From contig OZ037842.1 in assembly GCA_964035575.1 (NCBI GenBank), positions 434,001-498,000 on the forward strand: DNA of 64,000 nt, written 5' to 3'. The DNA comes from Rhynchopus sp. YZ270_cl-10. Taxonomy: Eukaryota. Made by a program: the position numbers and the translations under genes. Shown piece after piece: positions 32,766 through 43,994 of the stretch (position 1 is the first letter of the stretch; every line of letters starts with the position of its first letter). Under the pieces are notes generated by a model. That model saw only the letters and a program-made list of their open reading frames with translations. It made no database searches and was not told where the DNA came from.

Positions 32766-34197
32766 TTTATTCCTGAAAAAAAATAAAAGAGTAAAAGGGA
32801 GGGTGATAAAGTGAACCTAAGCCTCTTGTGCTTAGTCATCTGAAAACCCACAATAAAAATAGCGAAAAAAATCTCAGAATTCTTGAAATCATAAACTTTA
32901 TTGAAATCTACCTCCCTTTGGGAGCGGAAAAACCGTGCCTGTATATCCCTATTGGGATGCTGTCAATAAGACAAAAAAAAAATATTTTTTTTGAAAAGAT
33001 GCGTGTCTCTCATGCACACGCACACACCTTAGACAAACACAAAATAGATTTCTGTATCATCGTGTGGGTTGACCATTTTCAGATTACCGTGTTTTGAAAA
33101 AATATGGACCAGAAAAATTGGTCCATAAAAAAAAAAAAAAAATCCCAAAAAGTCCATGATTATGCTGATCCATAATTTTTCGAAACACGGTATCAACGAA
33201 CAGCAATGGGTAGTTCTGAAAGGCGTTGGATAAGACCTCTGAGCTGTTGAGATTCGGGGGGGGGGGGGGGGTAAGATTTTTTTTATTATTTTTTGGCAAA
33301 ACAAGGAATGTGGCTTTTTGCTTCCATTTCGAGGGTAATTGGGGTATAATAAAAAGCAGGGTTTGGGGTAGGAAAGGCAGAACCGAATCTACCTTAATCA
33401 GAACGAACAAAAAAAGAGGAAATAATTTTTTTTTTTTATGTTGGTATCAGGGTATAAGCTTGGATTTTGGATTTTTTCCAGAATTAGGTTTTTTGAATTT
33501 TTTTTTTTGGTGGGGTTATAGACCAGCCCCGCCGCCAGGATTTTGGGTTTTGAAAAAGTTCTGTTGATGGTCCAAAAAAAAATTTTCGCGCTTCGCGCGA
33601 AAACCTCTGCAAAGCTCCTTCGTCGTGGCCTCTGGCGGAGAGATGCATGTTCCCCAAGCCCGGTCAGAGTTCCTCCGAATCAGCGACATTCGCTCTTTCC
33701 TCTCACCATGCTGTACATTGTACTCTACGGTGGCCGTCCACAAGCCGTAGTGGGTGTCAGCCTTCTTATCAGTAAGCAGCGGTCATGGTACCCAAAGGTT
33801 CCTGGCGAAGCCACGGTACGCAACATTTTTAAAAAATGTTCCCATAAAATGGAACTGCGTTGGTGGGAGCTGCTTGCGCCGCAGGCGCACGGTACGCAAC
33901 TTTTTTTTTTTTCCAACACCCGATTTTGACTTTTTTGGGACGTTTGAGCACTCACCTCTCCATATCTTCTTCTCCTGAGATTTTTTGACAAGTAGAACGG
34001 GTCTGAACCACTCAACAGAACTTTTTTTTTTTTTTTTTTTTTCCCCGAAAAATTTCAGAATTAGGTTTTTGAACCTAATTCTGAGTACCAAGCTTATACC
34101 CTGGTTGGTATAGACAAGAAGTAGTCGGGTAATACAACTTCGAGCCAAGTTTTTTTGTAGGTTTTTTGAAAAGCTTTTTTCATTTTCACTCACATTT

Positions 34198-34311
34198 CCA
34201 CCTGTTTTTTACCCCGCGTATAGGCGCGTAAAGGCCCGTTTAGGCCAAACCCCAGCCTTAACGCGCCTTTACGCGCTATACGCGCCTATACGCGGGGTAA
34301 AAATCAGGTGG
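34198..34311. mobile_element. CCACCTG-family mini-MITE with 5-bp TSD CATTT
   Basis: About 33-bp near-perfect TIR (…TTTTTACCCCGCGTATAGGCGCGTA) with CATTT on both sides. Confidence 0.82.
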
Positions 34312-35573
34312 CATTTCCGCGAAATAGAAAAAAAGAGGGCAAAAATAACATAAAAAAACCACAAAAAAAAATGGTGGGTTGAGCTGTTGACAAAGGGGGG
34401 GGGGGGGGGGTAGGGGCGGTCATATCCTGTATTAAAAGTGTGAGAAAATGACATTTTTCAAAATGTTGTCAAAAGTGATTCTAAGGTAAAAAAAAGTAGA
34501 AAATCCACCCCACAGGCCCAAAAAAATGTGGTGTGCCCCGTTTTCCACCCTTTTTGTGCCTCTCAGGGGCCCAAATCACAGTTTTTTAAAAATCTCCCAT
34601 GGTTCTAAGTTCCACCAAGTCCCTCTAAACACCCCGAAACCGCCTGGGTACCCCTCGGGATAGGTTCTGGGGTGAAAATATGTGGCTTTGGGGGCTTTTC
34701 TGGCCCCTGGCTCACTGCGAGGCGTGATGAATGTGTGGGCAGGTACAAGTTGGTGGTCACTTTTGAAAAGATGCAAAAAAGTCGCTCAGAAGTGGTCAAA
34801 AGTGCTCAAAACCGGGCGGAATTCGATTTTTGGGGTCCCAATGGACATATTTTCTGGTTTCATCCAGCAGTACTCGCCCAAAGCAGAAGAGGAAACTGAA
34901 TTTTAAATAAATCTGGGAACAGAGGGGGGGTGAAAAGGTACGAAGTCATGGACACCCATTTTTTTTTTTTTGAATTTTTAAAATCAGGGCCACTAAAGTG
35001 CCACAAAAGGGTAAACTCGGGGCCTGAGACGGTTTTGGGGGGGGTGTGGGTGGGTTGGTATGGTCAGAAACACTATGAAAGCCGTGGTTGGGGTTTCTTA
35101 AAAAATGACGTTTGCCACTAGCTTTTGATAGACCCTACACGGTGCGGTAGTCAGCAAAATGACAACCTAAATGACAACCTCAATGACATGTCATAATTAT
35201 GACAACCCTATAGGTTGTCAGTGACAACCTAGGGGTTGTCAAATGACAACCTGAGGTTGTCAAATGACAACCTGAGGTTGTCAAATGACAACCTATAGGT
35301 TGTCATTTGACAACCTTATGCATGTGAAATGCCTTGCAACAGCCATTTTTATTGGAAATGTGGGAGGTTGGGGGGTTGGGAGGTTGGTGGTTACCTGTTT
35401 GATTGTTGATTGTTGAATGTCCATGCACTGTAAAAATTTATTTAAAAAAAAAGGAGGAGATGGGGGGGGTGATTTCTGTTTTTGTTGATTTCATGATGAT
35501 TTGGGTCCCTCACCCCCTTTGTAAAAATCCCGCCCATACACATATGCAGGGGTCAAGTGACTGACGTGCCTGA

Positions 35574-36506
35574 CTAGTGCCATTGAACACTCTCTTCGGA
35601 GTCCTCCTTGTTTGCCTCTGTGTCACTGGCCTCAGCAAGAGTCTCCTCAGGATCCTCAGGAGCCTCCTCAGGAACTTCGTCCTCCCCAAACACGGACATC
35701 CATGATGCCCCGTCCATTTTCACAGAGAGTGCGTTGGGGGCCCCCACGGGTATGTCCACACGAGTAATTCCCACCTGCACCATCACGGAAGTCTCCCTCG
35801 TCGAATCAAGGGACAGAGTGCTGGGGACATCATACGTACCGTCGACCACCCCGATGCTGGCCCCGATGGCAAGGCGCTCCCGCTTCAACGCAAAGCTCAG
35901 CTTGTGACCCTGCAGCGTCGGGTCGGTGCAAAACACGGTGCAACCGTTTTCAATAAAAATTCGGTGCACTTTTCCACCCGGTGTCATCTTTTCCCCCATC
36001 ACCGTGATGATAGGCCATACGGAAGCGCGGGGGCCTCTTTTGATGACCCCCTTGGCCGCCGTTGTCCCTGTTCCCTCGTTGACAATGGACGTGTACAAGC
36101 ACGCCATGTCCATGTCCCCCAGCGACGCCCCTTCCCGAACTACAAGCGCCAGACGCTTGTACGCCTCCGTCTTCTTTGCGGCGTCCGATATCCCAGGCAA
36201 CTTCCGCAGCACGAGTCCGCCAAACACAGTCTCCTTCACTGCCCCTCCGTTCCCTGAGATGCGGAGGCTGTACACACCTTTGGCAGCATCAGCCTCTGCC
36301 CTGTTCTTCGCCTGTGTGATGGCAAATTTTTTGCCAAGTTCAGCTGCCACTGAGCCATCATTGGACTTGAAGTCCACCTTGAAACATTTCGAAATCAAGG
36401 CCCTCAGTGCAGGGTGACTTAAGGGGGTTGCACCGGCGGGGTTCTTCGCTTTGTACACATAAACAGTACAAAAGTCGTTTGCAATCGTCGTCTGCTTGCT
36501 TGTCAT
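35574..36506 (-). CDS. Hypothetical protein (310 aa) with acidic C-terminal tail, inside the long-TIR element
   Basis: Uninterrupted ATG-TAG ORF, GC-richer than its flanks, with protein-like composition; no recognised domain. Confidence 0.75.
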   Translation of the reverse strand: MTSKQTTIANDFCTVYVYKAKNPAGATPLSHPALRALISKCFKVDFKSNDGSVAAELGKKFAITQAKNRAEADAAKGVYSLRISGNGGAVKETVFGGLVLRKLPGISDAAKKTEAYKRLALVVREGASLGDMDMACLYTSIVNEGTGTTAAKGVIKRGPRASVWPIITVMGEKMTPGGKVHRIFIENGCTVFCTDPTLQGHKLSFALKRERLAIGASIGVVDGTYDVPSTLSLDSTRETSVMVQVGITRVDIPVGAPNALSVKMDGASWMSVFGEDEVPEEAPEDPEETLAEASDTEANKEDSEESVQWH

Positions 36507-36733
36507 GATATGATGTGGTGTGGTTTTTGGATCCTGGAAAGAGGGTGCGACTAATGGGATTGCGATGGAACAAAAACGAGTGCTATGGGGGGGGGGGAGG
36601 GGGATTCATTCCTTTGTATAGATTCGCGGTAAACAAACAAACAAACAAACAAACAAATAGTGGAGCACATTCTAGAGTGGCAACGCTGAACAAACAAAAA
36701 ATACAACAACAACAACAAAATGTAAACAGGCTA

Positions 36734-37771
36734 CTACTCTCCGTGCATGTTGTACATATGATTTTCTACGGCTCTCGGTGAGGAAAACACGTCCATACAA
36801 ATGGGACAATGTTTCTTGGAAATATCCTCTGAGTGATTACACAAAAGATGCTGGCTAAAACCTCGCTTGGAAACATTGCGTTCGCATATGGGGCATTCCT
36901 GCCTGCATGCACAAGTAATTGAAGGGCGGTGATTTGCGTCGTAGTGACAATAGAGCTTGTGCGCGGTATTGAAATTTGTTTGTGTTCCAAGTCTGGTACA
37001 GATGGTGCATATATAGCCTTCGCCCGCATCCTCTGATTCTGATTCTGGTTCTGGTTCTGATTTGCTTTCCACAACAGGGGGTACCCTCCATGATGGCTCC
37101 TTACACACGCAAATCTTCTTCACCCTACCCTCATCAGGGTTGGACAAGAATTTTTGCCCCCACCCTGTTCGGCGTTTTATGTGTTTTCCCAGTCCAGCAC
37201 GTTGCAGTCGCTGCACCAAGTTAGTGCACGCGGTTTTCCAAGTCTCATCTACTACTGTTATGCATTTGCACAGCCACAACGTATCAAACTCCCAAAGTGC
37301 GGGAAGCGCGTCCGTTAGGGGGCCCAGTGGTGACATCGGCACTCCATGTTTAGTTTCAATTTCGAATGCCAAGAAATCGCGTTCCATTGTATTTGGGGAG
37401 GTGCATGCCGTCCAACGCTTCCTCTCCCCATTGGCATGCTCGAACAGTTCGTCCGACACGGTCACTCTGTGTGCGTCTTCTTCATCGAACCAATGTTCGA
37501 CTGAGTGCATGTACGTGCTTTTCGTAACCCCTGGATTCGCCCATTCAAGCAAATACACGGTAAGGTGGTAACACAGTAATGCGAACAAGTAATCTTTTGC
37601 GTATGGCCTCGACTCGTTCGGGTTTGGGTTTGGTGTGTGGAAGAACCTCACTGGTATGTCACTATACCGAAAGTAGTAAAGGCCCTGCATGGCCTGGCAC
37701 AATATTAGTTTGCTCCCCTCATTTTCCTGAATGAGGCTGCGTAGGATAGTTCGTGACTGCGTGCCTGTCAT
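36734..37771 (-). CDS. Hypothetical protein (345 aa) with three C-terminal C2H2-type zinc fingers, inside the long-TIR element
   Basis: Finger motifs CTIC..HYDANH, CPIC..HLLCNH and CPIC..HMYNMH follow an acidic linker. Confidence 0.82.
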   Translation of the reverse strand: MTGTQSRTILRSLIQENEGSKLILCQAMQGLYYFRYSDIPVRFFHTPNPNPNESRPYAKDYLFALLCYHLTVYLLEWANPGVTKSTYMHSVEHWFDEEDAHRVTVSDELFEHANGERKRWTACTSPNTMERDFLAFEIETKHGVPMSPLGPLTDALPALWEFDTLWLCKCITVVDETWKTACTNLVQRLQRAGLGKHIKRRTGWGQKFLSNPDEGRVKKICVCKEPSWRVPPVVESKSEPEPESESEDAGEGYICTICTRLGTQTNFNTAHKLYCHYDANHRPSITCACRQECPICERNVSKRGFSQHLLCNHSEDISKKHCPICMDVFSSPRAVENHMYNMHGE

Positions 37772-38577
37772 ATTGCTACTACTGCCGACAGTCCTAGCTG
37801 GACTCTGTTGCGACCTATGATGTTCCCCACCACCCGCACTGTTTCATGATCAATTCCCATTATTTTTTTTTTTTTTTGTCCTGTCATGGATGTCCGTGTT
37901 TGGGGAGGATGAAGTTCCTGAGGAGGCTCTTGCTGAGGCCAGTGACACAGAGGCAACCAAAGAGGACTCCGAAGAGAGTGTTCAATGGCACTAGTCAGAC
38001 ACGTCAGTCACTTGACTCCTGCATATGTGTATGGGCGGGATTTTTACAAAGGGGGTGAGGGACCCAAATCATCATGAAATCAACAAAAACAGAAATCACC
38101 CCCCCATCTCCTCCTTTTTTTTTAAATAAATTTTTACAGTGCAGAGACAGCAAACAACAATCAACAATCAAACAGGTAACCACCAACCTCCCACATTTCC
38201 AATAAAAATGGCTGTTGCAAGGCATTTCACATGCATAAGGTTGTCAAATGACAACCTATAGGTTGTCATTTGACAACCTATAGGTTGTCATTTGACAACC
38301 CCTAGGTTGTCACTGACAACCTAGGGGTTGTCTCGCACCGAGGGTTGTCCTTTGACATGTCCTTGAGGTTGTCATTTTGATGACTACCGCACCGTGTAGG
38401 GGGGGGGGGGGGGGGGGGGGGTTTGGGTGGAATTATTACGGTATTCTTTCATGGGTTTGGGGGAAGCGATTCGCACACAAAAATGGGGGAGGGTTTGGGA
38501 TGACGAGCCTCATCCAATTTAAGGAATACTCAGGAACTTGGGAAAACCCACAGCTGCCGTGCAAAAATAGCTATTTA

Positions 38578-38720
38578 TTGGAGTGAAAATAAGTCGTTTT
38601 TTTCACCGAGTTGGTGTTTTCAACCCGAGTTACTTTAATTCACGAGCGAAGCGAGGGAATTAAAGTCACGAGGGTTGAAAACACCAACGAGGTGAAAAAA
38701 ACGCTTATTTTCTACTCCAA
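38578..38720. repeat. ~140-bp imperfect palindrome centred on CGAGCGAAGCGAG
   Basis: TTGGAGTGAAAATAAG..TTTTTTCACC..GTTGGTGTTTTCAACCC is mirrored on the other arm. Confidence 0.85.
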
Positions 38721-38727
38721 GACATAA

Positions 38728-39389
38728 TTTTATCCATAAGTGTGAAGCTTTATTTTCCGAGCCCGCCCAAGTGTCGTGTGAGAGACTTGTAGTGTGGATC
38801 CCCAGTGTCTTGCACCGCTTCTTCTGAGCCCAACGCTATTTGGCCTGTCGACGTACTAAATACGAAGACAGGGGGGCGGTGCCAACAATTTTCCAATGAT
38901 GTAACGTTTATCTGATTGATTTATCGTTTCATATACTTTGTGTGTCCTACTTCACCTGCACACCCAAGGTTATTGAACGATACTTTCAAGCGATACTTCG
39001 TAATGTCATTGGGGGTACTGGTACTGGGTACCTGGGGAAAACACGTCCGTTTTTGTTCGCGATAACACGCACACTTTTTGTACGTGCTATCGCAATTTAC
39101 CCTAAAATATATTACCTCCGCTGACATAGCTCAAGGGCTACTCCAACAAGTTTGTAGCTACCACCATGCACACCCCGTCCCCCCACCCCAGTCCAGATAC
39201 CCAAAAAAAAAAAAAACTCAAAAAAAATAGGGTGAGTTTGGGGGTGTTTGGGGGCTTAAGACGGGTGAAAAAAAACGGTGAAAATAAAATTTTTATTTTC
39301 ACAGGGTGAAAATAAAAATTTTATTTTCACACCCCTCCACGAACTTTTGGGTGGGCGAGGAAAATAAAGCTTCACGCGCGTGGATAAAA
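38728..39389. mobile_element. Inverted-repeat element (TTTTATCCA..GTGAAGCTTT.ATTTTCC) whose interior is shared with 44177-44410
   Basis: About 45-bp imperfect inverted ends; interior 38795-39030 is homologous in reverse to 44177-44410. Confidence 0.65.
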
Positions 39390-42300
39390 AATAAAAATAT
39401 CACCTACTTTATTCACACTGTGCCAAATAGGGGAAAATGGGTCATGGGGAAGCCATTTCCATTCTCTAAGGGTGGTTTGTGGTAAGAGGATCAATTTTTA
39501 TTCAAAAAGAAACTTGTAAAATGAATGTGCCTCTCTACACACACATCTTACCTTAACAAAATGGAATAACCGATTCAAAGTTTGAAAACTCTGACATTGG
39601 ACACAATACGTGCAAAAATAAATTGCAAAGATGGGTCTAGCATGCGGTCAAAAAAAGAAACTTGAAAGGAGATTTGTCACCTACACAAAGAAACCCTCTT
39701 CTGCCCAAAGGGCACGTCTGAACAACTATCCTGGGACTGTGCCCTAGTTGGTACACTTTTTCTTCTGGTTTCGTTTATTTTGCTCTGATAAATTGCTGCG
39801 GAAAAACATCCATAACAGCAGATTTTGCAAGACACCTTTTGTTCCTATCCATTCGTTTCACTTGATACACAAAAATTCTTTCGGCGCACCCTTCTTTGAT
39901 GCGTTGGTGGTAATTTGTTATGAATAAAAAAAGAGAGAAGTTGAGAAAGCACAAACTCCTGATACCGTTCATTAGAGGTGACACACGGCACTTTCCTCCG
40001 CGGAACATGAGGCGCCTTCGTGGGTATTCACATAAGGGGGACGTTACATAGTTACACAGTCAATGTTGTGAGTCCGAGTTTAAAACAAAACTTTTGTTAG
40101 CATAATATGCAAAAAGTACTCCGTACAACTTTCGAGGGGTTTTTTTTTGTAACAAAATATTTGAAAAAGTTTTAAACCCAACTCACAACACTGCACACAA
40201 TCGTTACCCCTCAAGGTGGCGAGAGGGGGGTGAAGTTTTGAAAGCGTAAATGGGACCCAACAAAAAGACACATATTATTGAAAATGTTTGCATTTTTGAA
40301 GGGAATTTTCAAAAGATTCGGGTTCGGGGTGGGGGTGAGGGTATAGAGCCGGGTGTAATGTGTTATGGAACTGATCCATTTTGCGTGTTTTTGTTTTAGT
40401 TGTTTCTGGGGTGCTAAGGGTGCTAATTCGCAAAAGTTGACAAAAAGAGAGAAAAAGAGAAGATGGAAAAAGCAAGCGTCTTACATCACGAAGGACGCAG
40501 GCGTTTAAAAAGAGAGAGAAATCTGAGATGAATGTGCCCCCCTCATGCACACAACATCATGTATCGGAAAAAATGGTGTAGTGCAACTGCTGGTATAGGC
40601 AATTTTCGAACTAAAGTGAATTTTGAAAAAAATTGAAAGTATGTAGCATCTCCCAAAAACGTTTTCTTATTTTGAATTTTTCCCCGTTTTTTTTAATTTT
40701 TTTTCACCTTGAAAAGTTGCCTCTTCTGAAAGGGGAAAAGAGAGCACCTTTTTTGTTCGACACCCATCACAGTGTTGGTAAAGAACGCCAGGCTGCCAGA
40801 AGCTTTGACTGATCCCGTACAGGAGGGGGGATGTGGGATATTTTGTTTCATCTGGCGCAGGCGGGTTTAGGTACGAAAAAAAATAAAGTGAAGTTTATAG
40901 TGCAAAGAAAAGGGGGGGGAGATAAGGAGGAGGAGACCTGCATCAAATGAAATGTTAATGTGTAAAAAAAGAGTAGTTGAAACGCGCTGAAAACGCAGTC
41001 GAAAGACACTTCAATTTTTCGAGGGAAAAAAAATATCGGGGAAAATGCGTATTTATTGATAAATAGCTGAAAGGTGAAAAAAATGAGTGTTGAATACTGC
41101 ATCATCTTGGGGGGAAAAGTAAGCGATCAAATCTCAAAAAAAAAAAAAAACGTTCACTTTGTGCGCAACGTCAGGTAAAAGAATCTCTATTTTTTTGGGG
41201 TATGTTGAACTCAAGTCAGATGGGTGACATAGTTTCAACACTTTTTTTTTGTTTGTGTGTAAAATGTGTAATAAATATTCTTGATATTTTTATTACTGCA
41301 ATACGCTCCCACTGACGAGGAAAACATCTTTGAGGCCAAAAAATAGTAGATTTGCTGCCCAATGACTACTACAGATTCTGTTTTACAATCACAAACACAA
41401 TGTTTGCCCATAGTAAACAAGACTCTGAAATGATGGCGAGGGGGTTTGAAAGTTTGTTTGTTTTTATTTTTGTTTTTGCTACTCTGTTTGTTTTGTATGG
41501 CGAGGGGGTATTTGAGTCAAAAGGTAAATAGAAAGATAAAAGCTATAAAAAGATGAAAAGTACATCGCTGTGCACACAACATCTTCAAGAGTAAGGAGAG
41601 AGGTCGGCGTAAGGGTTTTTTGAAAAAGCTATAACGTGTCCGGTATTTCATTGATAACGCACACAAGAGGGGTTTGCACGCCATCTCCGGGAGGGAGTTT
41701 TTTGTTTTGTTTTTTAACGAATAAAACAATGCAGGAAGTAAATGGCAAATTGAAAAAAGAAAGAGGAAATAAAAAAAAGGGGGTTTTTCATATTGTAGTG
41801 AAATACTAGGGGTTTGCGTTTGCCTTTTTTCCTTTAAAAAAAGGCAGTCCCCGCTATTTTGTAGCATCTTTGGTGCTTTTTGGGGGTAAAATCACAAACG
41901 CCATTACAGAGGAAACGAATGTTTGCTGTAAGAAGAAAATAAAAAGACAATTTTATATAGAGACGAAAAAGGGGTCTCCAATAAAGGGTACGTTTTTGGT
42001 GTCCCATCCGTAGGATGAATACATGAGGGAAAAAGAGTATCATTGGAAAAATATTGTGGAAAAAAAAAAAAAAAGAGGAAAAACGATGGTGAATGTGCAT
42101 ATAGTGCACACTAAAAAAAGAAAGAAAAATTTCTTGTAAGACGAGCACCTATTGTAGTCGCCTTATGGAAAAAAAAAAGAGGGGGTTTTTTTCTTGGGAG
42201 ATGAATGGGCCCTCTCGGGCTCACAACATCTTTCAAAAATAGGGGATAAATTGATAGGGTCCAATAAAAATGGACGGTTTCTTTTTCAAAAAAAAAAGGG

Positions 42301-43994
42301 ATTGGATAGAAAGCACTAGGGGGAAACGACACGGAAAAAAGCAAAAAAACAAAAAAAAAAAAAAAAATTGCCTTGAAATACAACAGCCCGCTCATGACAG
42401 TGTACCTCAAAATAAAAAAGAGAGAGAAAAAAAAAAAAGAAAAAAACAAGAATAATAGGAAAGGGCGCGGGGGGTTTGAAAATGTTTTTTGTATGTTTTG
42501 AAAGTGCTTTGTGCTCTGTTTAATTTTGCTTGATAGGAAAGGGCGCGGGGGGGTAGTGGTGGTGTGGGTGATTTGTTCTCGTCTTTTGCAGAGCGGATCA
42601 CCCCTATTTTTTTTTCACGGCGGCACCGCGCTTGGGACGGGATCCGTAGTCTGCGCTTACAGTGTAAGGAACAAAATGACAGGAGGAAAATGTGCTGCCA
42701 GTTCTTCACCTTTTTTTTTGAACACATGAAATAAAACCTGCAGTGGTTCTCCCAAAAAAGGGGTTTGAGTTGTGAGAACGGAGAAAAAAAATGAGGTGTT
42801 TTTTTTCTCCCCCCAGGACTTTGGGAAGTTGGGTGAGAGACAGAGAGAGAATAACGTCTCCCGCAGACCTAGCGGGTATCAGAGGTGATCAGTGAAGACG
42901 GAAACAGTATTTTTTTTTTTTTTTGAAAACTTGGTTGTATTAGTGTAGCCACCCTAGAGTGTGCTCCACTACTTTTTTTTTGAAAAAAAAAAGGTCATTT
43001 GGTGCAAAAACTGTGTAATATTATACAGTTGCAGTACACCTTTTAGTGTTCACATACAAAGTGAAGCTGATAGTGCAAATACCTCTTGGAGGCACTGACA
43101 TACTAAAGGAAAGGGAGAAAAGGAAGGGAAAGGAAGAGCTGTGGACACGCATCGCATAAAAAGGAGACGTGGTGTGTTGATATTCCAAGGGAAGACACAG
43201 CCTTGCAGGATTGTATTATGCACTTCAGCCCACTAGGCATGGTATGCACATGACAATCTGCAGGACGGGTTTTTTTTGAAATATTTGGTACCGTGCACAA
43301 GGTTGTGCTCAAGGGGGGAAAAAAAGGCCCTTTTTTCTTCAAAAAAGATACGTTCCGAGAGTGGTAGGGGGGTGGCAGCCGAACACCCCTCATAACAACT
43401 ATACAGGCAGGAAAGGGTGGCAAGCATTGCTTCTCCATCGGGATTTACACCTTTGGAGTACTTGGTGCACCACGTTACATTTATTGCATCGACAAACAAT
43501 AGCCGAATCAGCCTACTTAGTTGGGATCCTAGGGGATCTGTAGTACATTTGGACGAAGCCTTGAAAATAGTACTTTTTTTTTTTTGGGGGGGGGAGAGAG
43601 ACACGAATAAGGGGTATTGAGAACAAGTTTTTAAAACTATGTTTGTTTGTTGGCGTTTTTTTGTTTTGTTTTTCTTTTTCTTTTGTACGAACACTGTATT
43701 TAGTGTCATCCAAAGAGCACACTAAAAGGGGCGGGGGGGAATTGATTTCTTTTTTTTTTTTTGTGGTAAAATTTTAAAAAATCAGTTTATTTTTATTTGT
43801 TCTGTTCTGTTCTGTTTCACTGGTTTTATGATGGATTTGATCAAAAAGGGATCTGACAACTTTAGGTTACTCGCGAGAGCCAATGTACAAAAAAAAAAAA
43901 TGCGGCAAACCAGAACCAAAAAAAACCCCCTCACGGGTACATGATCTAATTCTGTAGTATTTCGCCACAATCCCTTTTCAATTCCCAACATAGA

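Larger units (their letters stand above)
35138..38397. mobile_element. 3.26-kb element with 510-570-bp terminal inverted repeats and two ORFs
   Basis: Termini TA|CACGGTGCGGTAGTCA ... TGACTACCGCACCGTG|TA. Inverted homology spans 35138-35705 versus 37884-38397, with TGACAACC arrays near both ends. Confidence 0.9.

Noticed and set aside
39400..43900. Short F/K-rich ORFs in AT-rich intergenic DNA
   Set aside because: Products of poly-A/T runs with no coding signal.
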